DNA of 64,000 bases from Longimicrobiales bacterium (GTDB lineage: Bacteria; Gemmatimonadota; Gemmatimonadetes; Longimicrobiales; Gaopeijiaceae): positions 102,530 through 166,529 of the forward strand of contig JAWLHJ010000006.1 of NCBI GenBank assembly GCA_041690395.1, in the 5' to 3' direction. Shown here piece by piece: positions 49,499-57,938 of the stretch (positions are counted from its first letter, which is position 1; each line of letters begins with the position of its first letter). Position numbers and translations under genes: made by a program. The notes under the pieces were generated by a model. That model did no database searches. It saw only the letters and a program-made list of their open reading frames with translations, and was not told where the DNA came from.

Positions 49499-51379
49499 TC
49501 ATTCGCCTTCGACGGTATACGCCACGCCCCAGGCTCCGATGCCGAGATGGGTCGCGAGCACCGGGGTCGCGGGCGCCACGAGGATCTCGACGTCCGGGCC
49601 GAAGTCCGTGCGCAACCGTCCAGCGATCCCTTCTACGAGCTCGGGTGCGCCGACGTGCACGATGCCGAACCGCACGCGGCCGCGCGGCTCGCCGATGCGG
49701 TCGCGCACCAGGTCGAGCAAGCGCGCTCTGGCCGCGCTCGATCCGCGGGCCTTCCCCGCCACCGCCACGCGGCCATCCGGCTCCACCCCGAGGATCGGCT
49801 TCAGCCCGAGCAGCCGTCCGAGGAACGCCCGGCCCAGGGAGACCCGGCCGGAAGCGATGAGGCGATCGAAGGTGTGGACCGTGAACAGGATCCCGGAGCG
49901 CTCCCGGATGGCCGCGAGACGCTCGACGATCGCAGCCGCGGGCACACCCGCTTCCGCGAGCTCCGCGGCCCGGAGGGCGAGCAGTCCCTCCAGAAGCGAG
50001 GCGCCCAGCGAGTCGGCGAGGTGGACGGGGGCGCCGCCGAATCGATCCGCCGCCGACTTCGCCGACGCGAACGTTCCGGACAGCGTCGATCCGACGAAGA
50101 CACCGACGATCGTCTCGGCTTCGCCGGCAGCTTCCTGGAAGGCTTCGACGAAGGCGGCCGGCGCCGGTTGGCTGGTGGTCGGAAGCGCGCCCCCGGTCTT
50201 CAGCTTCGCGTGGAACGCCTCGGCGGTGACGTCCAGGCGGTCCCGGAAAGTACGTCCCTCCTCCACGAGCTCGAGCGGCACGATCCGGATGCCGTGGCGA
50301 CGCACCAGCTCCTCGGGAAGGTCGCACGCGGAATCGGTCACGACTGCCACGGGCCGCCGCGCCAGCGTGACGTGCCGCCCGGCCTCCGCCCGTTCGGCGG
50401 CATCGTGCTGCGCCCGCATGTCCTCGGCCTTCTTCGCTTCGACGGCGCCCCACGTGTCGAGGAGCGCGAACACCGCCTCGGGATCGTCCGTATGGATGTG
50501 CACCTTGAGGAGCGCACCGGAGCGGATGGCGATCAGCGAGTCACCCATCGGAGAGAGGGCGGCCATGGCGGCGGCGCGTTCGGGCAGCGACGGGCCGCGC
50601 ACGAGACCCTCCGTGCAGTAGTGGAACCGCTCGGATGCTTCGGGGAAGGCGGTGCGCGCAGCGGCGGACGGCCCGGTGGCGGCACTCCCGCTGACCGCAC
50701 GCCCGACGGCCGCTCCCCGGTCGGTCGGCCCGTCGGCCCACCCTGGGGACGACGCGTCGTCCGTCTCCCCGCGGACCAGACGGAGCACGCCTTCGAGCAG
50801 GTGGACGAAGCCCTGGGCGCCGGCGTCGACCACGCCCGCCTTGGCGAGGACCGGCAGTAGCTCGGGGGTCCGGGCGAGCGAGGCGCGGGCCGCGGCCACC
50901 ATCCGCTCGAGCAGCGCCACGAAGTCGTCTCCCGGATCGCGGGTGGCCGCTTCCGCGGTTTCGCGCATGACGGTGACGATCGTGCCCTCGACGGGCTTCT
51001 CGAGCGCCCCCCCGACGGCCCTCGCACCGGCGGCCACGGCCCGCGCGAAGGTGGCCGTATCGATGCGGGCGCGGTCTCCGAGCTCCGCCGCGAGACCGAG
51101 CAGGAAGTGGGACAGGAGCATTCCCGAGTTGCCCCGCGCCCCCAGGATCGCGCCCTGGGCGGCCGCTTCGGCGACGGCGCCGATCTCGGACTCGCGTGTC
51201 TGGGCGAGACGCTCGGCGATCGACTGGAGCGTCAGTGCCAGGTTGGTGCCCGTATCGCCGTCAGGAACCGGGAAGACATTGATCCGGTCGAGCTCCTGGC
51301 TCATGCCGCGGACGTGGGCCGAAGCCGCCAGCATAGACCTCCGGAAACGCGCTCCGTCGACGTAGGCGATGGCGGTCAT
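49499..51379 (-). CDS. DAK2 (FakA-like)-DegV (FakB-like) fusion protein
   Basis: INVFPVPDGDTGTN, GARGNSG, VVDAGAQG, YCTE, KVHIH; then VVTDSACDLP, TTSQP, LSGT, THLGIGAWG. Confidence 0.92.
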   Translation of the reverse strand: MTAIAYVDGARFRRSMLAASAHVRGMSQELDRINVFPVPDGDTGTNLALTLQSIAERLAQTRESEIGAVAEAAAQGAILGARGNSGMLLSHFLLGLAAELGDRARIDTATFARAVAAGARAVGGALEKPVEGTIVTVMRETAEAATRDPGDDFVALLERMVAAARASLARTPELLPVLAKAGVVDAGAQGFVHLLEGVLRLVRGETDDASSPGWADGPTDRGAAVGRAVSGSAATGPSAAARTAFPEASERFHYCTEGLVRGPSLPERAAAMAALSPMGDSLIAIRSGALLKVHIHTDDPEAVFALLDTWGAVEAKKAEDMRAQHDAAERAEAGRHVTLARRPVAVVTDSACDLPEELVRRHGIRIVPLELVEEGRTFRDRLDVTAEAFHAKLKTGGALPTTSQPAPAAFVEAFQEAAGEAETIVGVFVGSTLSGTFASAKSAADRFGGAPVHLADSLGASLLEGLLALRAAELAEAGVPAAAIVERLAAIRERSGILFTVHTFDRLIASGRVSLGRAFLGRLLGLKPILGVEPDGRVAVAGKARGSSAARARLLDLVRDRIGEPRGRVRFGIVHVGAPELVEGIAGRLRTDFGPDVEILVAPATPVLATHLGIGAWGVAYTVEGE

Positions 51380-51396
51380 GGAAGCTCCCGGAGGGG

Positions 51397-51891
51397 TCAG
51401 TCGAGGGGCTCGAAGACCCCTGTGTCCCGGTTCTTGCGGACGTCGTCCCAGGGGAAGATCCGCCCGTTCATCGCAATGTAGACCCCCGGGGGCAGCACCT
51501 GCACGGCCGTGAGCGACCCCCCGAGGTTGAAGAGCCCGTCCGACGAGCCGAACGCGATCGGGATCATGGCGCCGGTCAGCACGATGGTCTTCTCGGGCAC
51601 GCCGTTCGCCAGCACGCGCGCCGTCTCGACCATCGTGTCGGTCCCGTGGGTGATCACGATGTGGCGCTCCGGCACGTCCCGGCAGTTCCGTGCGATCATG
51701 TCGCGGTCCGCGGCGGTCATCTCCAACGAGTCGACCATCATGAGCGTGCGCACGTTCACGTCGAGGCGGCAGCGGCCCATGTCGAGCATCTCCGGCAGAT
51801 GCGTGTCGCCGAACTGGAGCCTGCCGTGGATCTCGTCGTACTCCTTGTCGAACGTACCGCCCGTGACGAACAGCCGGATGGGTGGCGTCAC
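51397..51891 (-). CDS. Short asparaginase N-domain protein
   Basis: TGGTFDK, DSLEM, THGTDTM, LTGAMIP; 164 aa. Confidence 0.88.
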   Translation of the reverse strand: MTPPIRLFVTGGTFDKEYDEIHGRLQFGDTHLPEMLDMGRCRLDVNVRTLMMVDSLEMTAADRDMIARNCRDVPERHIVITHGTDTMVETARVLANGVPEKTIVLTGAMIPIAFGSSDGLFNLGGSLTAVQVLPPGVYIAMNGRIFPWDDVRKNRDTGVFEPLD

Positions 51892-51904
51892 CGCTGGCTC
51901 TCCG

Positions 51905-52882
51905 TCACTCGAAGCTCCCGGGCACGGCTTCGAACATGCGCGCGGCCATCTCGTCGGCGGACTGCATGGTCGACAGGTCCAGCTCGAAGTCGGGACGCTC
52001 TCCCGGCTCCAGCTTCTCGAGGAACTCGCGCGCTTCCCGTGGGGAGAGCCCGCAGTCGGCCAGCGCGTCCATGTCGAGGTCGGCGCCGGACCGCGCTCGG
52101 ACCCCGTCCTCCCCGGCCTCGAGGAGACGCGCCAGCGCCCGGCGCTCGCCCAGGCTGAACGACTCGCCGCCCAGGTCGTAGTCGACCCAGGCCTCGTAGC
52201 TGAGCGGCGCGACCCGCTTGACCATTCCCGCGATCACCTCGGCGAACACCCGAATCTCGTACTGCGCCCGGGGATCGACGCGGAGCGACAGGAAGTGCAG
52301 CAGGTTGTGGAGGTCGACCTTCCAATACCACTGCGTATAGGTGGACACCGGCAGGTCGATGCGCGCGATCTCCCGGGCGACGTCCTCCTCCAGCAGCCAT
52401 CCGTAGGTCCCGCCCGCGTCCGCCCGTAGGCGCTCCCACCGCTCGACCGCCTCGCGGTAGATCTCGGGCGCGGCGTCGCCCTCCCGACCCTGCTTGTTGG
52501 ACCGGCTCTGGAGCGCGAAGTGCTCCTGGTCGGGCGTATAGAAGAGGAGCGGCATGAGCGAGTACCTGGCCGACATCTCGTTCACCGACGCGGTCCGATG
52601 CCGGATCCACTGGCGGGCCACGAACATCGGCATCGCGCAGTGGAACTTGAGCTCGACCATCTCGGACGGAGTCGTGTGCCGGTGCCGGCGGAGGTAGCGC
52701 AGGAGGCCGCGGGTCTGGGAGACCTTCCGCGTGCCGAAGCCGTAGCTGACGCGAGCGGCCCGCTCGACGTCCTCGTCGGAGCCCATGTAGTCCACGAGCG
52801 AGACGAAGCCGTGATCGAGGACGGGGAAATATCCGCCGACGATGTCCTCGGCGGCGGCGATGGTCGGGCGTCGGGTTTCCAT
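51905..52882 (-). CDS. thyX: FAD-dependent thymidylate synthase
   Basis: AARVSY, RHRTASVNEMSARY (RHRX7S), REIAR, AQYEIR. Confidence 0.95.
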   Translation of the reverse strand: METRRPTIAAAEDIVGGYFPVLDHGFVSLVDYMGSDEDVERAARVSYGFGTRKVSQTRGLLRYLRRHRHTTPSEMVELKFHCAMPMFVARQWIRHRTASVNEMSARYSLMPLLFYTPDQEHFALQSRSNKQGREGDAAPEIYREAVERWERLRADAGGTYGWLLEEDVAREIARIDLPVSTYTQWYWKVDLHNLLHFLSLRVDPRAQYEIRVFAEVIAGMVKRVAPLSYEAWVDYDLGGESFSLGERRALARLLEAGEDGVRARSGADLDMDALADCGLSPREAREFLEKLEPGERPDFELDLSTMQSADEMAARMFEAVPGSFE

Positions 52883-52958
52883 GGCGCTCGGTTGATGAGA
52901 GACGAGGTCGCTCGAATCTCGGCCGGGGGCGCTCGCGATGGAAGGGTGGTCGTCCTAT

Positions 52959-54752
52959 CTAGAACGTCTCCGGACCCAACCCGTACCAGTAGCTCCGACG
53001 CACCTCGGGATTGAAGAACCCGGATCGGAACTTGTTGAGCTCGAAGGTGAGCCGGAACATGGGGCTCTCTCCAGCGGAGCCGACGGGAAACACCACGTCG
53101 GCTCGCCAGATGTGCCGGGTTCCCGGCGGCAGTCCGATCCGGAGGCCGAAGCCCACCGACCCCTGCCATCCCGAGTCGACGCCGTAGGGAACGTCTCCGG
53201 GAAGCATCCGGCCGGCCTCGCCGAACACCGTGGCGCCGAGGTCCAGCGTGCTCGGACCGGGCCATGGGAAGGCGATCCGGTCCTCGAGCACCAGAAGGAG
53301 CATGCGCCCGCCCGGCAGGAGATCCTCGGGCAGCGCCCGCACGGCTTCCCTCCCGCCCAGGGACAGCTGGTAGGGGACCTGCGTGTTCCAACCCCCACCG
53401 ACGGCGGCCCGCGCGAACCAGGTCTGGCCCGGGAGGAGCCGGGTGCGCCCGTAGAACACCAGGTCGGCCGAGCCCAGCACGTCACGCCAGTGCCCGTCCT
53501 CGTGCCTGGCTTCCCACGTCGTACCGCCGTGGAGGAGCGACGCGCCGAGCGGGGCCGTGAAGCTGAAGTGCGTGCGGGCCACCCAGTCCTCTCGGCTCTC
53601 GACGCCGCTCGGACCCGGCACGGGTAGGCCCCGGGCCAGGCTCACCCCGGCGAACAGGCCGAGCCCGACGGTCTGGCGGTCGCGCACGCCGTCGAGGCCC
53701 ACGTAGTCCTCGTACCGGAATCGCCGTGTGCCGAGGTGCAACCCCAGGCGCGTGGCCGAGCCCGCCCGCCACTGCCTCGCCATCGGGGCGGGAGGAGCGA
53801 CCCCGAGCGGCGCCCGCTCGTCGTACCCCTCGTCGAGCGTGACCTCGGCGGGCTGGTCGAAGCGCACCACGTCGCGGGTCAGGCTCGCTCCGACGATGAT
53901 CGACGCACCGGGGTCCCCGAGCCGCCGGGCGGCCGAGAGCTCGATCTGCTCCTTGAACACCGGGACGAGGACGCGCGTGTACTCCTCCTGCCCGCCGGTG
54001 GAGTAGGCGAAGAAGTCCGTCCCCCGCCTGTAGCCTTCCCGGATCGCCACCGTGCCGGCTTCACCCACGAACGGATAGCGCACGTGCTGGTCGAAGAAGT
54101 GCCCCGACCGGGACTTCCCCCAGGCGATGCCAGCGTCCGAGCGTCCGAAGAAGCGCGGAGTCGAGACGCCGAAGGAGTGCGTGCGGGTCTCCCGGCGGTT
54201 GAGGAAGGTGAACTCGCCGAAGACCCCGTGCCCCAGGAAGTTCTCCTCCGTCACCTGGAGCCGCTCGACGTTGGTGCCCTCGTCGTACGTCACGCCGAGG
54301 TCGACCTTGGTGGACCACTCGTCGCGTGTGGTGACCATGGCGACATGACCGCCGTTCCCATCGGGCCGCGAAGTGATGCGGGCGTCGGTCAGAAACCCGT
54401 ACTGATCCAGGAGGCGCTCGGACTCGGAGAGGAGAAACGGGTCGAAGCAGTCGCCCTCCTCGAACAGGAGCTCCCGCTCGATGAACGATTCCTGCGTGTT
54501 GACGTGCAGGGCGTTGGCGAACGAGTAGGCGAGCGAGACGACCTGGTAGGGAGCGCCCTCCGGATCGAAGATCGAGCGGCTGGTGATCTCGACGGACGTG
54601 ATCCGGCCCGGGGCACAGGCGTCATCTTCCACGGCCCCGGCTCGTTCATCGGCGGAAGATGCGACGTTCCCGTCCTGCGCCGCCGCGGGCGTTCCCAGCG
54701 AAAGGACAGCCCAAGCGACCGCCAGGCACACGAAGACCGCCCCCGGCTCCAT
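52959..54752 (-). CDS. Omp85/BamA-TamA-like outer membrane protein
   Basis: Signal peptide, POTRA-like HVNTQESFIERELLF...ESERLL, ENFLGHG, LGGREAVRAL, SVGFGLR beta-barrel. Confidence 0.75.
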   Translation of the reverse strand: MEPGAVFVCLAVAWAVLSLGTPAAAQDGNVASSADERAGAVEDDACAPGRITSVEITSRSIFDPEGAPYQVVSLAYSFANALHVNTQESFIERELLFEEGDCFDPFLLSESERLLDQYGFLTDARITSRPDGNGGHVAMVTTRDEWSTKVDLGVTYDEGTNVERLQVTEENFLGHGVFGEFTFLNRRETRTHSFGVSTPRFFGRSDAGIAWGKSRSGHFFDQHVRYPFVGEAGTVAIREGYRRGTDFFAYSTGGQEEYTRVLVPVFKEQIELSAARRLGDPGASIIVGASLTRDVVRFDQPAEVTLDEGYDERAPLGVAPPAPMARQWRAGSATRLGLHLGTRRFRYEDYVGLDGVRDRQTVGLGLFAGVSLARGLPVPGPSGVESREDWVARTHFSFTAPLGASLLHGGTTWEARHEDGHWRDVLGSADLVFYGRTRLLPGQTWFARAAVGGGWNTQVPYQLSLGGREAVRALPEDLLPGGRMLLLVLEDRIAFPWPGPSTLDLGATVFGEAGRMLPGDVPYGVDSGWQGSVGFGLRIGLPPGTRHIWRADVVFPVGSAGESPMFRLTFELNKFRSGFFNPEVRRSYWYGLGPETF

Positions 54753-54912
54753 GCCCAGGAGGGTGCGCCGACGGTGCGGCGGAGTGCGAAGGGAGTCGAA
54801 ATGCGTCAAGGTTTTCTCGGGTGGCACGGGTCTTCCAGGGTTGCCACCGCCGCCCATCATTGGATACCGTTTTCCGCCCTCTGAGTTGCGCCTTCTCGCG
54901 CCACATCCCGGA

Positions 54913-56535
54913 ATGCCAGCATTGATCTCATTGCTCTACGGCGTCGCAGCCGTCTTCGGCGCGGCCTTCGCCGCCATCGAGCTGCGCATGCTCTACCGGT
55001 TCCTCACGAACCGGGCGGACATCCGTGCGGGGGCGAGCGCGTACGATCAAGAAGCTCACGGCCCGGACGGGGCGCAAGAGGACGTGACGCCAACCGTTAC
55101 CATCCAGATCCCTCTTTATAACGAACGAACCTCGGCGGAGCAGATCGTGCGCGCCGCGGCCGCTCAGGACTACCCGCGGGACCGGTTCGACATCCAGGTC
55201 CTCGACGACTCGACGGACGAGACCAGCGAGATCGTGGCCGCCGTGGTGGAGGAGGTTCTCGCGGAGGGCATACGGATCGAGCATATCCGGCGAGAGCACC
55301 GCACGGGTTACAAGGCCGGCGCGCTGAGCGAGGGGCTGGAGCGCTCGGACGCCCGCTTCGTCGCGCTCTTCGACGCCGATTTCGTGCCGGAGCCCGGCTT
55401 CCTGCGCGCGCTTCTGGTCGACGACCGGCCCTTCGACGACCCCACCGTGGCCTTCGTCCAGGCCCGCTGGTCGTGGGCCAGGGGCTTCGACCGCCTGCTC
55501 CCCTCCGCGCTGTCCCTCCTGCTCGACCGCCACTTCGCGATCCAGAAGCCGACGCAGGAGTTCGTCGGGAACGTCACGACGTTCAACGGATCGGCCGGGA
55601 TCTGGCGTCGGGCGGCGATCGACGACGCCGGGGGTTGGACCGCCGATACGCTCACGGAGGACCTGGACCTGAGCTACCGCTGCGCGCTCCGGGGATGGCA
55701 TGGCCGGTACGTCCAGAGCGTCCACGTTCCGAACGAGCTCCCCGAGCACATGCGGGCGTTCAAGCTCCAGCAGCGGCGGTGGGCGAAGGGGAACGCCCAG
55801 TGCTTCCGCAAGCTCACTGGGCGAGTGCTGGGCTCCGGAAGCGTCGTCCGTGACCGCCTCGACGAGGCCTTCGTCCTGGCGGGCTACGCCATCCACCCGC
55901 TGCTGCTCATGAGCCTCGTGCTCTGGCCATGGGCCGTGCTGTACGTCGACCGGACGCTGTTCTGGGTCCTGCAGGCGCTCATGTCGCTCGGCATGATCGC
56001 GGCGGTCCTGAGCTTCTTCGTCACCGTCCAGGAGCGGGACCGACGTCTCTCCCTCCGGTCCGTGGGCGAGGTCCTGTTCGGGATGGGGGTCGGCATGGGA
56101 CTCATGGTGAACAACACCGTCGGGCAGATCCAGGGCTTCTTCCAGACGGGCGGCGAGTTCCTCCGCACGCCGAAGGGGACGGCCCTGGCCTCGGGCGGGG
56201 CGGGAGCCGATGCCCCACCGACCACGGGCTCCGCGGATGCCGGTGCGGGGGCGGCGGGCGCGAGTGATCCCGCCGCCGGAGCCGCGGCGACTGGTCCCGC
56301 TGCCGCGCGGGCCGCCGTCGCGCCGGCGAGGCGCGTCCGGCCGAAAGCCTACGCCAGCCCGCTCGACTGGACCTTCTTCGCCGAGATCATGGTGATGGCC
56401 TACTGCGCCTTCGGTGCGGTCCTCCTGATTCAATCAGGCGAGGCGTTCTGGTCCATGCCGATGTTCATGTGGGCCCTCTGCATGGGCCTCATGGTGCAGC
56501 AGCAGATGGTGGTCCCGCGGCCGGCCGAAGCCTGA
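54913..56535 (+). CDS. Processive GT2 glycosyltransferase (cellulose-synthase-like)
   Basis: QIPLYNE, DDSTD, KAGAL, FDADF, TEDLD, QQRRW; C-terminal TM segments. Confidence 0.92.
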   Translation: MPALISLLYGVAAVFGAAFAAIELRMLYRFLTNRADIRAGASAYDQEAHGPDGAQEDVTPTVTIQIPLYNERTSAEQIVRAAAAQDYPRDRFDIQVLDDSTDETSEIVAAVVEEVLAEGIRIEHIRREHRTGYKAGALSEGLERSDARFVALFDADFVPEPGFLRALLVDDRPFDDPTVAFVQARWSWARGFDRLLPSALSLLLDRHFAIQKPTQEFVGNVTTFNGSAGIWRRAAIDDAGGWTADTLTEDLDLSYRCALRGWHGRYVQSVHVPNELPEHMRAFKLQQRRWAKGNAQCFRKLTGRVLGSGSVVRDRLDEAFVLAGYAIHPLLLMSLVLWPWAVLYVDRTLFWVLQALMSLGMIAAVLSFFVTVQERDRRLSLRSVGEVLFGMGVGMGLMVNNTVGQIQGFFQTGGEFLRTPKGTALASGGAGADAPPTTGSADAGAGAAGASDPAAGAAATGPAAARAAVAPARRVRPKAYASPLDWTFFAEIMVMAYCAFGAVLLIQSGEAFWSMPMFMWALCMGLMVQQQMVVPRPAEA

Positions 56536-56564
56536 CGGCCGGGCGGCGACCGGAGGTCGTGCCC

Positions 56565-57452
56565 GTGGACTTCGAGCACCCGGGTGGGCGTGGATACCTG
56601 ACCATGGCCGTGGGCCGGCCGCGGTATCTGGAGATGGCCGTCGATATGGCGCTTTCGCTGCGGCATCAGGCGACCGACCCCGTCGCACTGGCCGCCGACG
56701 AGGGCCTCGCCCGGCTCGCACGGGAGCGGTACAGCCCCGTCTTCGACGTGGTGACGGAGATCCCCGCGCGCTTCCTCGAAGGGCGGGCCATCAAGTACGG
56801 CTCCGCGGCGGCCTCTCCGTTCGCCGAGACCATGTTCGTGGACTCCGACTGCTTCGTCCTCGGCTCGCTCGACTATCTATGGGCCGGCCTCGACGACGCC
56901 GACGTGGCCATGCTCGGCGAGCTCCTCACCGACGAGCAGGACGAGAACCATCACGGCTTCTCGACCCGCCGCCTCATGCGGAAGTTCGGTCTCGACCGCT
57001 ACCTGAAGACCAACAGCGGCGTCTTCTGCTTCCGGACCGAGCCCGCACGGCCGGTCATGGAGGAGTGCCTCGCCGTATTCAGCGGGGAGATCCGGCGGAA
57101 GCTCAAGGGCGGCATCCTCCGTGGCGGCTGGGTGGGTGACGAGATCGGCTTCGGGGTCGTCGGCGGCCGGCGCCGGCTCGGGACGCTCCCCCTCCCGCAC
57201 GCGATGTACTGGCCGCAGGAGTTCGCCGCCCTGGACCTCGATCGTCCCACGAAGCCGCTCCTCCACTTCATCTGGCCGCCGGAGCCGGACGTGCTCGACC
57301 GGCTGCTCGCGGACGCCACCCGTCGGCGCGAGTCCGCCGGCGTACCGACGACCGAGCACGAGCACTGGCTCGAAGAGGTCGCGAGCCTCCGTAAGATGGC
57401 GCGGCGGAGGCGGCTGCTGGAGCGGCTCAAGATCTGGAAGACGCGGGTCTGA
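56565..57452 (+). CDS. GT-A fold glycosyltransferase-like protein
   Basis: FVDSDC (DxD), NSGVFCF, GDE; GGAGG RBS. Confidence 0.7.
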   Translation: MDFEHPGGRGYLTMAVGRPRYLEMAVDMALSLRHQATDPVALAADEGLARLARERYSPVFDVVTEIPARFLEGRAIKYGSAAASPFAETMFVDSDCFVLGSLDYLWAGLDDADVAMLGELLTDEQDENHHGFSTRRLMRKFGLDRYLKTNSGVFCFRTEPARPVMEECLAVFSGEIRRKLKGGILRGGWVGDEIGFGVVGGRRRLGTLPLPHAMYWPQEFAALDLDRPTKPLLHFIWPPEPDVLDRLLADATRRRESAGVPTTEHEHWLEEVASLRKMARRRRLLERLKIWKTRV

Positions 57453-57453
57453 T

Positions 57454-57812
57454 CTAGAAGGGTGTTGAGGTCCCGTGGCATGGATCTCCCTCCGGTCGAT
57501 CGTCCCGCGGAAGACCCGGCGGGCCCAGACCCTGGACTGGGCCGCTCGGCTCGAGCGACGATGCAGCTCCCCCAGCCGCGTTGCTCCTCCTCGACGTAGC
57601 GGTGCTACGCCTCGTCGTCCGCCCGCGTTTGCAGGGCGGGGCGGCATCTCGATGGCGTCAATTCGCACAACGGTGGCCTGACGATGGTGGTCTGGCGACT
57701 TGACCGCCCCATGCGGCGGGAAAGTGACTCGCCAGTGACCGGCGCCCGCGCGCCTGGGCGATTCGACGCCGCATCCGGCGGAAAAGCCGACATGGCACCA
57801 AGGGACCGCACA
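57454..57812. repeat. Degenerate REP/MITE-like element sharing a core with the 33.1-33.4 kb element
   Basis: 57584-57619 aligns at 32/37 to 33319-33355; starts at CTAG; weak terminal inverted similarity. Confidence 0.5.
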
Positions 57813-57938
57813 CGAATGCAGGGTCTTCACCGCGGTCGGGGCCTGACCGAGCCCGCCGCGGTCGGGGGTGGCAGAGCCCGCCGCGGTAGTCCCCGTTCTA
57901 CGGAGCGGGGCGCCCCGCCAGGCGTGTGCAAAGCTTCC

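Noticed and set aside
51905..52882. thyX/folE/PTPS as a phage or 7-deazaguanine DNA-modification locus
   Set aside because: No phage genes and no queC/queE/dpdA; the genes are dispersed among core functions and the PTPS motif is not QueD-type.
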